Below, piece after piece: positions 60,366 to 64,000 of a DNA stretch of 64,000 bases. The DNA lies in assembly GCF_964204645.1 (NCBI RefSeq), contig NC_134027.1, positions 496,001 to 560,000 of the forward strand, read 5' to 3'. The notes under the pieces are model-generated. The model was not told the DNA's origin. It did not search any database and was given only the letters and a program-made list of their open reading frames with translations. Origin of the DNA: Tubulanus polymorphus (taxonomy: Eukaryota; Animalia; Nemertea). Position 1 is the stretch's first letter, and each line of letters starts with the position of its first letter. Both the position numbers and the translations under genes were made by a program.

Positions 60366-63300
60366 ATTCGGTTTACTTCAGATAACGTAATTTGGTTTAA
60401 TCACAAGTCGTCAACATTATAATCAATGTAACTACAGTGACTACATTATTGTCTTTTTATTGAGAAATTTATGTTAATTTTTGATTTCTGGGATAAATCA
60501 AAATTCAAATGTTATCATTTTTTGTATCAAAAATTGTAAAAAATTGAATAACTTGTGTGCTGTTGAAACATTCAGTTATGGAGAGTTTTTAGCTCAGAAA
60601 ACTTTGAGCCTGTTTATACAAGTGTTGTAGCAAGTGTTGAACAATTCAAAGATCATGTTTTTTATACTTTGTCATGTTAGAAAATATTTTTTCTGGTATA
60701 TTGATGTTTCTAAAAAAACATATGATTCAACTTTAAAAGGCCAACAAGCCTTCTAATAAAACTAGTTTGTCATATATATATATATATTACTTGTCAAGTC
60801 ATTGTCAAGTTTTTTAAAAAATATTTTGGTTTTCTCAGCTTTCTCTGGTGGAAATTTCTTCGTGGAATTCCTCTTCTATACAAGTTCCTCCTCAGACTGT
60901 TTTTATGCGAGAGTTTATAACAACCGGATCCTCAGAAAATGGTCGCAGTGCCAAGTCTTCGATTTAAGATCACCAGTCTTATCTGAGACCATAAGTTCAC
61001 TAGCAAGTTTCACTAGCGATTCCAACAGCTATAGGATGGAACAGTATTATTATATAGGTCACCACTGTGCAATTGAGCCCAGATCATCAGAAAAAGATAG
61101 TGAAGATGTGATGGGATTCATTGAAAATTTTGCATATATAATTAATTCATTGAACGACTTAATTTGTATAATCTATTTTTTGGGAATTTTCGAATTTTTC
61201 ATCAATAACTAGTATATATTTCTTTTCAAGTTGTGAGCGATCTAGTTCTCTGTCGACCCATTGAAAATGAATCGACTCTGACCTGTAGAACTGGACCCAG
61301 GGAACTGAATCTCGCGTGCCACAGCAAGATACAGAGCTCTTCAATGTATTAACCGTTAGGTGCTGCCCCTAAACAAATCAATAGCGGTAAATCTGTGAAC
61401 TAACTTATAGCTCGCTTGCCAGAGTAGAATCATAGCGAGCTGTCTAAAATCTTGAACCGTCTAGTGCTGCCCCTTAATCGATATGTATCGGAAAAGTGAA
61501 TTTATTACTCGCATGCCACAGTAGTTGTGTAGTTGGAACATCATGATAGACTCGTTTTTCTGTGCAGCTATAACGGGAGCTATTTCAGATCTGACAATGA
61601 ATATAAACTCAGTCACAGTTCGATAACAAACGCCGCTGGGTGGAATTGATGTAAACAATTAATCGTGTTTAAATTGAATTTAGTTTAAGATATATTTTCG
61701 AGGTAGTTTTTATTTTCAAGCTGTTTACGTTCACTTCAAATGATGAAACGATGAAACCATATTAAATACATCCCTGTTTTAGTGGGGATTTTGAGTTTTG
61801 GTCCTTTCCGTATCTTCTAGAAACATCAAGTAGAAAGGCATTAACTGAACCCTGTGTCTTTAACTTCAGGAGTCTATGGAGTTTTCGGATGCCTCTTTTC
61901 CTCACTTCTTGCATTCGTCACCATTAGAAATCTGGACAAACTGAATTCAGTTCGACGAGGCCGAAGAACAGAAGACCAAAGAGTGATCTGCACTAGCCGC
62001 AGGGTTCGTGTTGGCTTGAATCGGTGGGAGGCAATCAAACCCCGACAGGGATAACTCTTCGGCGGGGCGTGATCGCGTGAATAGCCCAAACTAAACCTTC
62101 AGAGTTCACTGTACTACAGCATACAACATCTGATAACTTGCATAATAAAGCGCGGCGTGCATGAAAAGAATTGTATAAATGCGGGTAAGATTCCGTGCCG
62201 GAGTGGAGGTATTCCATACACTGGTAGGTGAGTCGGAGCATAGACTGTTTGCCTGTCCCATAGACTGGTTGCCGGTCTCTACCTTCAGTTAGAGACCGGT
62301 TGATCCCATCCTCCATTTTACATTTTCCATGCATGTCAAACATGTCAGTATCGAGTTACTTCCGGGTTAAAATGGCGTCTCATCGAATAAGCGAAACTAG
62401 GAGTAATATCAAAATCGCGCTGGAATGATTGATTACAGTAAATCAGCTGATTATCTATGAATCATAAATGTAAACAGCAAACAAAAGGAAATTTAAAGAC
62501 CGAAGAATAGGCATTAATTGCTGTAAGTATCGAAATAATCCGCTGATATTTACTCGGAATTCAAACTGACAACTGAATTGATACTTATTCATTTTGTAGG
62601 TAAGAAAAAGGGCTCAGCTGCGATAGTCATTCTGAAGGAACTTGGCCGAAGGGGGACATGCTTTCTTTATAAACCGTATGTGAAATATATTCAGTGAATT
62701 GTTTTGTTAATGATGTGAAAATCACTAAAGTCTGAATAAAGTTTACAATAGTTGAACTCCTTTGTCAGTGTTTTGCGAGATCAGATATTTGGATCCACTG
62801 CAGCATCTTCACTTATATTCTCGATACAGACAATGAGTTGGGACAGACTTGGGTAAGACCAATAATTCAGATCATCTGGATATTCACAATATTTTCCTCT
62901 CCTCATGGACCAACATGATTTTTGCTAGAAATTGAGTATAAAATCCATCAAGAAAAACTCTTTTTTACTGCCATTCTATATTTATTGTCCACTTCTAGTA
63001 CAAAATCTAATTCAATATAAAGACAGCCTGACAAGACGATACATATTTTGTGACATTGCAAATTGTGTGACAACAGAATGACTCTGATATCTCTAACATA
63101 ACTCGAATCACAAAGACCAAGTCTTGACCAGACAGTAGGTCTAAATCCATGCTCGCTCGTGTAGTTATTCATAAATTCCAGCTCTTTAAACCTCATCATC
63201 TCAGAATCAAGGAGTTTCATCGTTATTTGGAATCTAATTTCATGACGATTAGAGCTGGATTCGTTAATCTCTTTGATTCGTGATTGACGTTACTTTCTGA

Positions 63301-64000
63301 AATTGAATCAATACACATATCACCAACAATTAAACCTGGATTGACTTTTCAATTCATGTCCCATCCATTTTTCAAACTTACCATGATACAACGACAATTC
63401 ATTCTGTGCACGTTGAGCTCATTCAATTTAATATTGAGTTGTATCTCAGAAAATCTTCATCAGAACACACACAATGACCTACAAATAGACAATCAACAGA
63501 ATATTTATAAATAAGTATTCATTTACTGTTCACAAGTTTTAAAAGACATTGTCATTGAAGTGAAGTTACCTGTCGTATAATATTTTCACCACACTGTCAT
63601 TGGGGGTCACTGAAATTGACTGCTAATGTCCAGTGTCACATTCAGAATAATCAATCAATCATCTTAAGTGAACTGACAAATTGCCGGTGTCGTGGCCTCT
63701 GCTGCATGGCTGTTTCAGTTCAGTACGTCAGTCAGTGGAGATTGGTTTTTCCATCTCAAGTTCGTTGTTGTTGTCGATTGACGACAGTTCATTCGAGCAG
63801 GGTAGATTTTGACGGCGCTGTAACGGAGACATCTTGAATTGTATATCGATATTTTCGAAGCCACACGTAGTACAGGTGCCCGCAGAAAGGTTACCTGATA
63901 GTTTTGGTCGAGTTTCTTTCTTCATTGGTGTAAAAATCGACTTTTAAGCGGTCCATGGAACGTAAATCGAGACACTCTGGATGCGGCCATGTTACATTGT

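Noticed and set aside
60802-61212. 136-aa ORF
   Set aside because: Non-ATG start, AT-rich composition, no recognisable motif and no splice support.

Overview
AT-rich eukaryotic (metazoan-looking, probably invertebrate) genomic DNA with spliceosomal GT-AG introns. No prokaryotic features, rRNA, tRNA or CRISPR array were seen, and most ORFs in the supplied track are artefacts of repeats or introns. (1) A six-exon, phase-consistent spliced gene on + (113-11952, 5' end outside the window) encodes an unrecognised S/P-rich, basic, nuclear-looking protein, and its third intron holds a decayed DIRS1-like retrotransposon. (2) 39.0-59.2 kb is a mosaic of inverted (minus-strand) whole and partial copies of the same gene, including a near-identical 6.7-kb inverted duplication. 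Between copies the introns are about 98-99% identical by eye while the small exons are far more diverged, often at synonymous sites, and one copy carries a spliced exon-exon junction. This suggests exon-restricted, possibly RNA/cDNA-templated diversification. (3) 15.9-20.5 kb and 25.5-31.3 kb look like spliced non-coding transcripts built from tandem exon-intron units; the first ends in a tandem array of hairpins with G-U pairs and compensatory changes. (4) The window also has many minisatellites, MITEs and a Helentron/HINE-like element. All identities were estimated by manual comparison; no database search was run.
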